Part shown: piece after piece, positions 1-9,427 of the stretch
Numbering within the stretch: position 1 is the stretch's first letter
Layout: every line of letters begins with the position of its first letter
Origin: Candidatus Omnitrophota bacterium
Lineage (GTDB): Bacteria > Omnitrophota > Gorgyraeia > Aquiviventales > Aquiviventaceae
NCBI GenBank assembly: GCA_016180575.1
Contig: JACPAY010000004.1
Location: 58,883-122,882 of the forward strand
Direction of reading: 5' to 3'
Length of the DNA: 64,000 nucleotides
Notes under the pieces: generated by a model
Database searches by the model: none
What the model saw: only the letters and a program-made list of their open reading frames with translations
What the model was told of the DNA's origin: nothing
Position numbers and translations under genes: made by a program

Positions 1-2
1 TA

Positions 3-902
3 TTGATGGAATCCGAGCTGTGGCCGACGGTGATCCGCCTCGCTGCGGCGCGCGGCGTCCCGGTTGCCGTCGTCAACGGCCGCGTGTCGCCCCGCTCCTT
101 CGCGAGGTATCGGCTGGCGCGGCCGTGGGTCCGCTCGATGCTGAGCCGGGTGGCCATTTTCCTGATGCAGAGCCAGGCGGATGCGGACCGCCTGCTCCAG
201 CTTGGGGCGCCGCAGGACCGCGTGCGGGTCGTCGGCAGCTTGAAGTGGGACGCCAGCCTCCTGGCGCGCCCGGACCCCGAGGCGGTCCGGCAGCTGGCCG
301 GCCGCCTGGGGCTCGGCGGACGGGACATGACGCTTGTCGCGGGCAGCACCCACCGGGGGGAAGAGGCGGCGGTGCTCGGCGCATTCCAGGCGCTGCGCGC
401 ATCCCGCGCGGATGCGCGGGCGGTCATCGCCCCGCGGCACCTGGAGCGGCTCGATGAGGTGGAGCGCCTCGCGCGCCAGGCGGGGTTCGCCGTCGCGCGG
501 CTCTCGCAGGCGGACGGCGCCGGCCGCTGGCAGGTCGGCCTCGTCGACACATGGGGCCAGCTGCCGCTCTACTACGGCCTCGCCTCCATCGTCTTCATCG
601 GCGGCAGCCTCATCCCGCACGGCGGGCAGAACCCGCTGGAGGCGGCGAGCCTCGGCAAGCCGGTGGTGTTCGGCCCCTCCATGCACAACTTTGAGGCGAT
701 CGCCCACCAGCTGCTCGCGCACCGCGCCGCCAGGCAGGTGGCGAGCGGCGAGGAGCTTTCCCGCGCCCTCGCGGAGCTCTCGCTCCACGACGCCGACGCG
801 CAGGCGATGGGCCGGCGGGCCGAGGAGCTGACCCAAGAGTTCCAGGGGGCGACCCAGCGCACCCTCCAGGCGCTCGCGCCATTATTCGGGGACAGCCACT
901 AA
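3..902 (+). CDS. waaA: 3-deoxy-D-manno-octulosonic acid (Kdo) transferase, C-terminal part (5' end cut by window)
   Basis: The frame is open to the window edge. The translation (VVNGRVSPRSFARYRL...GGSLIPHGGQNPLEAASLGKPVVFGP) has the GT30 Kdo-transferase C-terminal pattern. It sits next to lpxK. Confidence 0.85.
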   Translation: MMESELWPTVIRLAAARGVPVAVVNGRVSPRSFARYRLARPWVRSMLSRVAIFLMQSQADADRLLQLGAPQDRVRVVGSLKWDASLLARPDPEAVRQLAGRLGLGGRDMTLVAGSTHRGEEAAVLGAFQALRASRADARAVIAPRHLERLDEVERLARQAGFAVARLSQADGAGRWQVGLVDTWGQLPLYYGLASIVFIGGSLIPHGGQNPLEAASLGKPVVFGPSMHNFEAIAHQLLAHRAARQVASGEELSRALAELSLHDADAQAMGRRAEELTQEFQGATQRTLQALAPLFGDSH

Positions 903-943
903 TTTTCCCCAGGTTGCCCATAGAAAATTAGTGGCTGTCCCCG
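887..943. repeat. 57-bp palindromic element, copy 1 (21-nt arms, 15-nt loop)
   Basis: CGGGGACAGCCACTAATTTTC at 887-907 is the exact reverse complement of 923-943. The waaA stop codon (900-902) lies inside the left arm. A second copy is at 15435-15491. Confidence 0.85.
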
Positions 944-953
944 ATTAACCTGA

Positions 954-983
954 TAGACACCTTCCGCTCCGACGACGTACAAT
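954..983 (+). promoter_or_regulatory. putative sigma-70 promoter of lpxK (TAGACA-18-TACAAT), leaderless geometry
   Basis: The -35-like TAGACA is at 954-959 and the -10 TACAAT at 978-983. The lpxK ATG (990) starts 6 nt after the -10. Confidence 0.4.
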
Positions 984-989
984 AGTCCC

Positions 990-2129
990 ATGTGGCAGTC
1001 GCTCCATGACGCCTGGTGGCGTCTTGCCACGCAGCACCGCCCGCAATCCTTCGCAGACGCCCTCGCCTGCCGCGCGCTTCAGACCGGCTCGGCCGCCTAT
1101 GCGGCGGCCGTGACCCTGCGCAACCTCGCGTATGACCGGGGCTGGGCGCGCCAGGTCCGGCTGCCCTGCCGGGTGGTGAGCGTCGGCAACGTGACGATCG
1201 GCGGCACCGGCAAGACCGCGTGCGTCGAGCTCATCGCCCGGAAGCTGGGGCGGCTGGGCCGGCGCGCGGCCATCCTCACGCGCGGCTACGGCGGCTCCCG
1301 GCGGGAATACTGGCTCCGCGCGTCGGATGGGCGGCTCGAGGTCAACGGCCAGGCCGCGGCGGGGTTCGACCGGCTCGCGGATGAGCCGCAGCTCCTGGCG
1401 CGCCACCTCCCGGGTGTCCCGGTGTTGGTCGGCTCGCGCCGGGAGCGGACCGGCCGCCTCGCGTGCCAGGCATTCGGGGCCGACACCGTCATCCTGGACG
1501 ATGGGTTCCAGCACCGCCGCGTGCAGCGCGACTGCGACATCGTCCTGGTCCACGCGCGCACGCCGCTCGGCGGGTGGGAGGTGCTGCCGCGCGGCCCGAT
1601 GCGCGAGCCGATGAAGGCGCTTGGGCGCGCGCACGTCGTGATCATCACAAAGGCGGACAAGGCGCTGGAGACGCTCGGGGCGCTCGGCGAGCGGCTGCGG
1701 GCGTTCAGCCCGGAGGCGGACCTGGTGACGGCGGCGCATGCGCCGTCGGAGCTCGTCGACGGCGCAACCGGCGAGCGCCGCGAGCCGTCCCGACTCGACG
1801 GGATGCGGGTGGGCCTGGTCTCGTCCATCGGCGACCCGGAGGGGTTCGAGGCAACGGTGCGCCGGCTCCACGCGACGGTGCTCTGGCACCGGGCCTTTCC
1901 GGACCACCACCCGTATCAGGCCGCCGACTGGGCCGCCGTGTGCCAGCGCGCCTCGGCGGAGCGGCCGGAGGCGCTCATCACGACGGAGAAGGACTGGGTG
2001 CGCCTTGCGCCGGCGGCGGAGGCCCGCGGGCCGGCCCCGGCGCCGGTGTGGATCTTGGGGATCGCGATGCAGCTGCTCAGCGGGGAAGAGGCGTTGGATG
2101 CTCGATTGGCTGGCCTGTACGCTCGTTAA
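990..2129 (+). CDS. lpxK: tetraacyldisaccharide 4'-kinase
   Basis: P-loop VSVGNVTIGGTGKTACV and overall LpxK-like sequence. It lies between waaA and an LpxL-like gene. Confidence 0.9.
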   Translation: MWQSLHDAWWRLATQHRPQSFADALACRALQTGSAAYAAAVTLRNLAYDRGWARQVRLPCRVVSVGNVTIGGTGKTACVELIARKLGRLGRRAAILTRGYGGSRREYWLRASDGRLEVNGQAAAGFDRLADEPQLLARHLPGVPVLVGSRRERTGRLACQAFGADTVILDDGFQHRRVQRDCDIVLVHARTPLGGWEVLPRGPMREPMKALGRAHVVIITKADKALETLGALGERLRAFSPEADLVTAAHAPSELVDGATGERREPSRLDGMRVGLVSSIGDPEGFEATVRRLHATVLWHRAFPDHHPYQAADWAAVCQRASAERPEALITTEKDWVRLAPAAEARGPAPAPVWILGIAMQLLSGEEALDARLAGLYAR

Positions 2130-4097
2130 GGCGGCAAGCGGCTTGCTCTGCCGGCTGCCGCCCGGCGTTGCCGTGTGGCTGGGCGAGCGGCTCGGCCTCC
2201 TCGCCTGTTGGCTCCAGCCCAAGCGCACCACCATCGGCCTTGCGAACCTGCGCGCCGCGTTCGATGGCCACATGAGCCCCGCGCAGGCGCGCCGGCTCAT
2301 CCGTGATTGCTACCGGCAGCTGGGTGCTGGCATCATCGAGATGCTGCGGCTGCCCGCCATCGACCGGGCGTATGTGGACCGCTATGTGACCGTTGAGGGG
2401 CGAGCCCATTTCGACGAGGCGGTCGCCTCCGGGCGTCCGGTCATCTTCCTCACGGGACACTACGGCAACTGGGAGCTCTCGTCCATCACCGCGGCCCTGC
2501 ACGGCTACCCCATCGTCGCGCTGGCGCGCGCGCAGCAGCGGCTGCCCCGCCTGTACCGGCTGCTCGTCTCCTACCGGGAGTCCAAGGGCTGCACGATCGT
2601 CCATAAGGGCGGGGCGATGAAGCGGCTGATCGCCGCGCTGGGGCAGGGGCGGCTCATCGGGATCGTCGGGGATCAGGCCAGCCGCCAGGGCATCTTCGTC
2701 GACTTCTTCGGCCGCCCGGCGCTGTTCGCGACCGGGCCGTTTGAGCTGGCGTATGGGAAGGGCGCGGTGATCCTGCCGGCGTTCATGCACCGGGTCCGTG
2801 GGCCGTTCCATCGCCTCGTCATCGAGCCGCCCATCTCATTCTCCGGCAAGCCGCCGAAGGAGACGGCGGTGCGGGAGGGCATCGAGTATTTCGCCGGCGC
2901 CCTCGCCGCGCACATCCGGCAGGAGCCGAGCCAATGGCTGTGGATGCACAAGCGGTGGAAGCACACGCCCGCCCGGCGGGTCCTCGTGCTGAGCGACGGC
3001 AAGCTCGGCCACCTCAAGCAGTCGCTGGCGGTCGTTGACGCCTTCCGGGATCGCCACCCCGACCTGCGCGCCGAGGTCATCGACGTCCGCTACCGGCATC
3101 CGCTCGCGAGGATGGTGACGCTGCTCTGGGCCTGGTGGCTGCCGCGGGGCCTGGGCGGCTCCCGATGCCTCCAGTGGGCGCTCCACCCGGAGACCGCCGC
3201 GGCGCTCCTCGCGCGCTACGCCGATCTCATCGTCTCGTGCGGCGCCTCGCCCGCGCCGGTGAACCTGCTCTGGGCCGCCGAGAACCGGGCGCACGCCGTC
3301 GCGGTCATGAACCCAGCACCCCTGCCGCTTGGCCGGTTTGCCCTCGTCATGGTCCCGCGCCACGACAGGCTCCGCCGCCGGCCGAACGTCGTGGAGACCG
3401 TCGGCGCCCTCGTGGCCCGGCTGCCCGAGGAATCGCTCCGGGCGGCGGGGGAGCGGCTCCGGGCGCATCCCGGCTTTCGCGGCGGCCCCGCGGGAGGTCC
3501 GACGGTCGCGGTGTTCATCGGCGGGGACAGCGCGCACTACGCGCTCAGCGCGGCATTCGCCGAATCGCTCATCCGGCAGGTCCTCGCGGCGTGCGACGGC
3601 GCAGACGGCTCGTGCCTCGTGACCACCTCGCGGCGCACGTCCCCGGCGGTTGAGCGCGCGCTCGCCGAACAGCTGAACCGCTCAAGCCGCTGCGGCCTCC
3701 TGCTCCTCGCCAGCCGCGATCAATTGGACGGCACCATGGAAGGGCTGATGGGTGCCGCGGATGTCGCCGTCGTCACCGGCGAGAGCATCTCGATGGTGTC
3801 GGAGGTCTGCGCAAGCGGCCGCCGGATCGTGGTGCCGGCGAGAGCATCTCGATGGTGTCGGAGGTCTGCGCAAGCGGCCGCCGGATCGTGGTGATCGAGC
3901 CGGAGCTCCGCGGCCGCGCGGCCACGCTGACGAAGCATGAACGGTTCCTGCAGAGCCTCGCGCAGGAGGGCTACGCGCGGCTGGTCCCGCTCCCGGAGCT
4001 GGGACTGGCGATCGAGCGCGCGCTCAAGCGTCCGCCGTCAGGCAAGCGGCTGGAGACCTTCGAGCGCCTCCGCGAGGCGGTGGGGAAGCTCGCCTGA
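2098..4097 (+). pseudogene. LpxL/HtrB-family lipid A late acyltransferase fused to an ELM1/DUF1022 domain, with the frame broken near the 3' end by a 59-bp tandem duplication
   Basis: The N-terminal half (MLDWLAC...GHYGNWE...) looks like a lysophospholipid/LpxL acyltransferase. The C-terminal half (RRVLVLSDGKLGHLKQS...TSRRTSP...GESISMVSEVCASG) looks like ELM1. The ORF stops at 3894 right after the duplicated unit. ORF 3852-4097 then continues the same protein (MVSEVCASGRRIVVIEPEL...). Confidence 0.7.
3776..3893. repeat. perfect tandem duplication, 2 x 59 bp
   Basis: 3776-3834 is identical to 3835-3893 (ccggcgagagcatctcgatggtgtcggaggtctgcgcaagcggccgccggatcgtggtg). 59 is not a multiple of 3. 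Confidence 0.95.
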
Positions 4098-6205
4098 TGC
4101 ACGTCCTGCAGCTGGTCCCGACGCTTGAGGTCGGCGGCGTGGAGCGCGGGGTGCTCGACCTCGCCAAAGGGCTCATCGCGAGGGGCCACCGCGTCAGCGT
4201 GGTGTCGGCGGGCGGCTCGCTGGTCGGGCGGCTGACGGCGCTCGGGGCAGCCCACCATCAGCTGCCCGTGCACCAGAAGTCGCTCGCCGGCATCGCGGCG
4301 TGCATCCCGGCCGTGACGCAGCTGATCCGCGAGACGGAGGCGGACCTCGTGCATGCGCGCTCGCGCATCCCCGCCTGGATCGGCTGGGCGGCCGCCCGGC
4401 GCGCCCAGCGGCCGTTCCTCACCACCGCCCACGGGTTCTACAAGCCGCATCCCGGCTCGCGCGTCATGGTGTGGGGGCGCCTCGTCATCGCGCCCTCGGA
4501 GGCGCTCGGGCACTACCTGGTGGAGCGATTCCGGCTGCCCCGGACGCGGCTGCGCGTGATCCCGCGCGGCGTGGACCTGGAGGAGTTCGCGTTTCAGCCG
4601 CCGGCCGCCCGCCAGGGGCCATGGCGCCTCGGGCTCTTCGGGCGCCTGAGCCCGCTCAAGGGGCAGGAGGTGGCGCTGCGCGCGTGCGCCCGCCTCATCC
4701 GCCAGGGCCTGCCGGTGACGCTGTGCCTCGCCGGCGGCGCGCCGGGGCTGCCTGCCCGCCAGGCGCTGGAGCGGCTCATCGCCGCGTTGAAACTGGAGGA
4801 CCACGTGGAGTGGCTGGGCCTCCAGCAGGACATGCCCGCCTGCATCGCGTCGGTGGACGTCGTGCTCGCGCCATCCACCTATCCTGAGTCGTTCGGCCGC
4901 AGCGCCCTCGAGGCGCAGGCGGTGGGGCGGCCGGTCATCGCCTCGCGCGCGGGGGCGCTGGCGGAGCTGATCCAGGATGGGGAAAACGGCCTGCTGGTGC
5001 CGCCGCGGGACCCCGAGGCGCTCGCCCTCGCCATCGAGCGGCTGGTGAACGACCCGGCGCTGCGCGCGCGATGCGTCGAACACGCCCGCCGCCGCGTGGA
5101 AGCGGAGTGGCCGCTCGAGCGGATGGTGGAGCGGACGCTGGCGGTCTATGACGAATGCCTGACCCGGCCGCGGATCCTGATCTGGAAGCTGAGCGCGCTG
5201 GGCGACGTCGTCCTGTCCACGCCGAGCCTCCGGGCGATCCGCCGCCAGTTCCCGTCGGCGCGCCTCACGCTGGCCGTCGGGCGCTCGGCCTATGAAGCGG
5301 TCGCCCGATGCCCGTATCTCGACGACATCCTCATCGATCAGCCGCGGCGCCGGCCGCAACGCGTTCGGCGCGACCTCGGCTTGCGGCGGCGTCTGCGGGA
5401 GGGGGCGTTCGACCTCTCCATCGACCTGCAGAACAGCCGCCGCACGCACCTCTTGGCCTGGTGGGCCGGCATCCCGGTGCGGATCGGCTACCGCCGGAAG
5501 CTCGGCTGGCTGCTGAACCGCGGGGTGCGCCTGCCGCGCGTGGTGCTGGCGCCCGTCGCGCACCAGCACTACCTCCTGCGGCAGGCGGGCATCGCGCCGG
5601 ACGGCGACACACTCGAGCTGTGGCCCTCGCCGGCGGATGAGGCGCGGGCCGATGCGCTGATCCGGCCGACCGGGCCTGAATTCATGCGTCTCGTCGGCAT
5701 GCATCCGGGCGGCAGCGGGCGATGGCAGACGAAGCGATGGGAGCTCACCCGATGGGCCCGCGTGTGCGACGCGCTGGCCCAGCGGGGGGTCCGCGTCGTC
5801 GTGACAGGCGGACCGGACGAGCGGCCGCTGGGCGAGGAGCTCCGCCGGCTCACCACGAGCGGCTCGCCCCACCTCTTGATCGGGAAGACCAGCCTGATGG
5901 AGCTGGCCTGCGTCATCAGGCGCTGCCAGATCTTCCTGGCGCATGATTCCTCCGCCCTGCACCTCGCCGCCGCGGTCGGGACCCCGACGATCGCGCTGTT
6001 CGGCCCGACCGATCCACGCCGCCACCTGCCGCCGACATTCACGGGGCGCGTCATCAAGAAGGACGTCTTCTGCAGCCCCTGCTACTCCCCGCGCTGCCGG
6101 ACGATCACGCATGCGTGCATGGACCGCATCGGCGTCGAGGAGGTGCTCAGCGCCGTCTGGGGGCTGCTCGCCGAGACCGACCGGCCCGCCGCGCCGTTAG
6201 CCTAG
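4097..6205 (+). CDS. fusion protein: GT4 glycosyltransferase (N-terminal) plus GT9 heptosyltransferase-like domain (C-terminal)
   Basis: The N-terminal part (MHVLQLVPTLEVGGVERGV...) ends with a GT4 EX7E-type region (ESFGRSALEAQAVGRPVIAS). From about aa 345, RILIWKLSALGDVVLSTPSLRAIR...GGPDE...HDSSALHLAAAVGTPTIALFGPT is GT9-like. Confidence 0.85.
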   Translation: MHVLQLVPTLEVGGVERGVLDLAKGLIARGHRVSVVSAGGSLVGRLTALGAAHHQLPVHQKSLAGIAACIPAVTQLIRETEADLVHARSRIPAWIGWAAARRAQRPFLTTAHGFYKPHPGSRVMVWGRLVIAPSEALGHYLVERFRLPRTRLRVIPRGVDLEEFAFQPPAARQGPWRLGLFGRLSPLKGQEVALRACARLIRQGLPVTLCLAGGAPGLPARQALERLIAALKLEDHVEWLGLQQDMPACIASVDVVLAPSTYPESFGRSALEAQAVGRPVIASRAGALAELIQDGENGLLVPPRDPEALALAIERLVNDPALRARCVEHARRRVEAEWPLERMVERTLAVYDECLTRPRILIWKLSALGDVVLSTPSLRAIRRQFPSARLTLAVGRSAYEAVARCPYLDDILIDQPRRRPQRVRRDLGLRRRLREGAFDLSIDLQNSRRTHLLAWWAGIPVRIGYRRKLGWLLNRGVRLPRVVLAPVAHQHYLLRQAGIAPDGDTLELWPSPADEARADALIRPTGPEFMRLVGMHPGGSGRWQTKRWELTRWARVCDALAQRGVRVVVTGGPDERPLGEELRRLTTSGSPHLLIGKTSLMELACVIRRCQIFLAHDSSALHLAAAVGTPTIALFGPTDPRRHLPPTFTGRVIKKDVFCSPCYSPRCRTITHACMDRIGVEEVLSAVWGLLAETDRPAAPLA

Positions 6206-6209
6206 CCTC

Positions 6210-7337
6210 ATGCGCATCCTCCACCTGACGTCCCACCTCAATGTCGGGGGCGTCGCCCGCTACACCGTCTCCGCCGCGCAGGCGCTCAGCCGGCGGGGGC
6301 ACCAGGTCATCATCGCCTCTGGCGGCGGCGAGCTGGAACCCGAAGCGGCCGCTGCAGGTGTTCCGCACTGGCGCGTGCCGCTGCACACGAGCGCTGAGTT
6401 CAGCCCGCAGGTATTTGCCGCCGCCCGGCAGATGAGCCGGCGGCTCAGGCAGGAGCCGGTCGAGCTTCTCCATGCCCATACCCGGGTCAGCCAGGTCGTC
6501 GCCGCGCGGCTCTCGCGGGCGCTGCGGATCCCGTACGTGACGACCTGGCACGGCATCTTCCGCCCCAACCTCGGCCGCCGGCTGTGGCCGTGCACCGGCG
6601 ACCTGACAGTCGCAATCAGCGAGCCGGTCCGCCAACACCTGCGGACCGCATTTCGCGTGCCGGACTCGCGCATCCGGCTCATCCCCAACGGCGTTGACCC
6701 GGCGCATTTCGCCGAAACACCCGATGCCGCGGTGGTGGCGCAGTATCGGGAGCGCCACCAGCTGCCGGACGGACAGCCGGTGATCGGGACGGTCGGCCGG
6801 CTCGCCTCCGGCGGCATCAAGGGGTTGGACCTGCTGCTGGGGGCGGCGCACGCCTTGCGGCAGGAGCAGCCGAATCTCCACATCCTCATCGTCGGGGAGG
6901 GGCCGCGCCGTCCGTTGCTCGAGCGGCTCGTCCGGGACCTGGGTCTGGCGGCTCATGTCCGGTTCGCCGGAGCCGCGGCGGATGTCCGCGTGCCGTTGGC
7001 CGTCATGCAGGTGTTCGCGTTCCCGGTGCGGTGGCAGGAGGGGTTTGGCCTCGCGCTCATCGAGGCGATGGCGGCGGGCAAGCCCATCGTCGCGACGCGC
7101 GCGGGCGCTGTGCCGGACATCGTGGAGGACGGGCGGTCGGGGCTGCTGGTCTCTCCGGAGGATCCCGCCTCGCTCGCTCAGGGCATCGCGCGGCTGCTCA
7201 GGGACCCGGCCGCCGCCTCCCGGATGGGCCGGGAGGCGCAGGCGCGCGTGCGGGAGGCGTTCAGTCTCGAGCAGATGATCGAGCGCCTCGAGGCCGTGTA
7301 CCGCGAGCTGGCGGACGGGAAGCGGCAGGGCGCATGA
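6210..7337 (+). CDS. GT4-family glycosyltransferase
   Basis: MRILHLTSHLNVGGVARY... and EGFGLALIEAMAAGKPIVATRAGAVPDIV are typical of GT4. Confidence 0.85.
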   Translation: MRILHLTSHLNVGGVARYTVSAAQALSRRGHQVIIASGGGELEPEAAAAGVPHWRVPLHTSAEFSPQVFAAARQMSRRLRQEPVELLHAHTRVSQVVAARLSRALRIPYVTTWHGIFRPNLGRRLWPCTGDLTVAISEPVRQHLRTAFRVPDSRIRLIPNGVDPAHFAETPDAAVVAQYRERHQLPDGQPVIGTVGRLASGGIKGLDLLLGAAHALRQEQPNLHILIVGEGPRRPLLERLVRDLGLAAHVRFAGAAADVRVPLAVMQVFAFPVRWQEGFGLALIEAMAAGKPIVATRAGAVPDIVEDGRSGLLVSPEDPASLAQGIARLLRDPAAASRMGREAQARVREAFSLEQMIERLEAVYRELADGKRQGA

Positions 7338-8407
7338 TGGACCGCATCCTGGTGGTGCTGCCGAACTGGTTCGGGGAGACCCTCTTCGCGACGCCGTTCC
7401 TGCGCGAGCTCCGCCGGCAGCGGCCCGATGCCTGGGTGGCGACGCTCGGCTGGCCGCAGTGCCGCGAGGTGCTGCTGCACAACCCCCATGTCCAGGAGCG
7501 GCTCGACTACGATGAGCGGGGCGCCCACCGCGGCCTCCTCGCGAAGTGGCGGCTCATCGAGGCGCTGCGCTGGCGACGGTTCGACACCGCCTTCATCCTG
7601 CGCCGGAGCCTCTCCCGTTCGCTGCTGCTTGTGCTGGCGCGCATCCCGGCGCGGGTCGGGTTTGCCAACCCGAAGAGCGGGTGGCTGCTGACCCAAGCGG
7701 TGCCGTCGCCGGCGGCGCCGTCCTCAGGACGGCGTCCCGAGCCAGGTCGAGGGACGCCGGCCCACAAGGCGGTCATCTACCTGCGGCTGCTCGACGCCGT
7801 CGGGCTCTCGGGGGGCGACGCGGGCGGGTTCGACTACACGGTGGCGGAGGTGGAACGCCAGGCGGCGCGCGTGCTGCTGAGCGACGTCACGGCCGGCGGC
7901 GAGCCGCTGGTCATCCTCCATCCCGGCGCCAACTGGGCCCACAAGCGCTGGGCGCCAGAGCGCTTCGCCGCGCTGGGCGACCGCCTGGCCGCGGAGCGGG
8001 GCGCGCGCATCGCCATCACCGGCGGCCCTGGGGACCGCGCGCTCGCGGAGGACATCCAGCGCCGGATGAGCCAGCCAGTGTCCGTGCTCGCAGGCCACAC
8101 GGGCCTGCGCGAGCTGGCCGCCTGCCTGGAGCAGGCGCAGCTCGTCGTGGCCAACGATACGGGCGTGCTGCACATCGCTGCAGCGCTCGGGCGGCCCCTG
8201 CTGGCGCTCTACGGCCCCACCTCACCATTGCTCACCGGGCCGCTCGGGCATGCGGAGCGCACCGTCGTGCTGCACCACCCGGACTGCTGCCCCGAGGTCC
8301 CGTGCTACCGGCCGGGGCCGGCGGGCCCCGCGCATCCCGGCATGGACGCGATCACGGTGGACGAAGCCTATGCCGCCGCCGTTCAACTCTTGGACCAACA
8401 TGGCTGA
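7334..8407 (+). CDS. GT9 ADP-heptose:LPS heptosyltransferase-like protein
   Basis: MMDRILVVLPNWFGETLFATPFLRELR... and NDTGVLHIAAALGRPLLALYGPT are GT9-like. The start overlaps the previous stop (ATGA). The upstream part of ORF 7031-8407 overlaps the GT4 gene and is not used. Confidence 0.8.
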   Translation: MMDRILVVLPNWFGETLFATPFLRELRRQRPDAWVATLGWPQCREVLLHNPHVQERLDYDERGAHRGLLAKWRLIEALRWRRFDTAFILRRSLSRSLLLVLARIPARVGFANPKSGWLLTQAVPSPAAPSSGRRPEPGRGTPAHKAVIYLRLLDAVGLSGGDAGGFDYTVAEVERQAARVLLSDVTAGGEPLVILHPGANWAHKRWAPERFAALGDRLAAERGARIAITGGPGDRALAEDIQRRMSQPVSVLAGHTGLRELAACLEQAQLVVANDTGVLHIAAALGRPLLALYGPTSPLLTGPLGHAERTVVLHHPDCCPEVPCYRPGPAGPAHPGMDAITVDEAYAAAVQLLDQHG

Positions 8408-9395
8408 GCCGCAGCGTGTCCTGCTCATCGGCCCCTCCAATATCGGCGATGCGATCCTGGCCGCCGGCGCGCTCCACGCGCTCGCATCCCGGTATCCTCA
8501 GGCGCACCTGACGCTCGTCGTCGGGGAGCGGGCGAAGGCGCTGTTCGCGGAGGATCCCCGCGTCCACACGCTGGTGGACGCCGACCGGTTTAGCTCGCCG
8601 CTCGGGCGGCTGCGGCTTGCCGTCGCGCTCTGGCGCTACCATCCCCATGTGGTGGTGGACCTGCGGCACACGCTCTACCCGCTGCTGCTCAAACCGCTCC
8701 GGGCCTGGCGCTATTTCCGGCGTCCCCCGCGGGGGATCGTCCACATGCGCGACCGGCACCTCTGGACGCTCCGCGCGCAGCTCGCCGGCATCCCCGCGCA
8801 CGAGAGCCCGGTCTGGTGGAGCGCCAAGGATGCCGCGCACGTGGAGGCGTTGTGGCGGCGCTGGAAGCTCGACGGCGCCCCGCGCCTCGTGGTCATCTGT
8901 CCTGGGGCGCGGAGCCACATCAAGCGCTGGCTTCAGGAGGGCTTCGCGCGCGTCGCCGACCGGCTCATCGCCGAAGCCGGCGCCCAGGTGGTGTTCTGCG
9001 GCGAGCCGGACGAGAAGCCCGTCATCGACGAGGTCCTGGGGCTGATGCGCCACCGGGCGCTGAGCGCGGTGGGGGTGACGACCATCCGGCAGCTCGGGGC
9101 GCTGATGCGGCGCGCGCGGCTCGTCATCACCAACGACTCCGCGTCCCTCCACCTCGCCTCCGCCCTGGATGTTCCGACGCTCGCCCTCTTCGGCCCGACG
9201 GACGCCGGCAAGTACGGCCCGACCGCGGCTCATCACCGCACGATCCGCCGCCGCCTCTTCTGCGCGCCGTGCGAGCGCGCGCTGTGCCGGTTCAGCCACG
9301 AGTGCATGCGCTTCATCGGCGCGAATGAAGTGTTCGACGCGGCGGTGACGCTCCTGAGACAGGAGACAGGGGACAGGAGACAGGAGGGGGTGTAA
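8400..9395 (+). CDS. GT9 heptosyltransferase-like protein
   Basis: MAEPQRVLLIGPSNIGDAILAAGALHAL... and NDSASLHLASALDVPTLALFGPT are GT9-like. The C-terminal tail LLRQETGDRRQEGV is encoded by GAGACAG heptamer repeats. Confidence 0.8.
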   Translation: MAEPQRVLLIGPSNIGDAILAAGALHALASRYPQAHLTLVVGERAKALFAEDPRVHTLVDADRFSSPLGRLRLAVALWRYHPHVVVDLRHTLYPLLLKPLRAWRYFRRPPRGIVHMRDRHLWTLRAQLAGIPAHESPVWWSAKDAAHVEALWRRWKLDGAPRLVVICPGARSHIKRWLQEGFARVADRLIAEAGAQVVFCGEPDEKPVIDEVLGLMRHRALSAVGVTTIRQLGALMRRARLVITNDSASLHLASALDVPTLALFGPTDAGKYGPTAAHHRTIRRRLFCAPCERALCRFSHECMRFIGANEVFDAAVTLLRQETGDRRQEGV

Positions 9396-9427
9396 CGACA
9401 TGTCTCATGTCTCATGTCTCATGTCTC
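9356..9427. repeat. opposed heptamer arrays: (GAGACAG)x4 at 9356-9383 and (ATGTCTC)x4 at 9400-9427
   Basis: Read directly from the sequence. The third left unit is GGGACAG. The right array is the reverse complement of the left one except for one base per unit. A 16-nt loop between them carries AGGAGG (9382-9387) and the upstream stop TAA (9393-9395). Confidence 0.9.

Noticed and set aside
1738-2097. Upstream extensions of several track ORFs (1738 for the LpxL-like gene, 7031, 8250, 16385, 16953, 19662, 20777, 29257, 30738, 34343, 40880, 43150, 44973, 47786).
   Set aside because: The extensions overlap the preceding gene in another frame and translate to low-complexity sequence. Internal ATGs with an RBS, an ATGA-type coupling or a leaderless promoter give N-termini that match the family.
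9400-9427. Simple ON/OFF phase variation of the GT9 gene by heptamer slippage.
   Set aside because: The last ATGTCTC unit always supplies an ATG in frame with the body of the gene (ATG TCT CCA CCG…). Changing the copy number cannot switch the ORF off, so any effect would be on structure or initiation efficiency.
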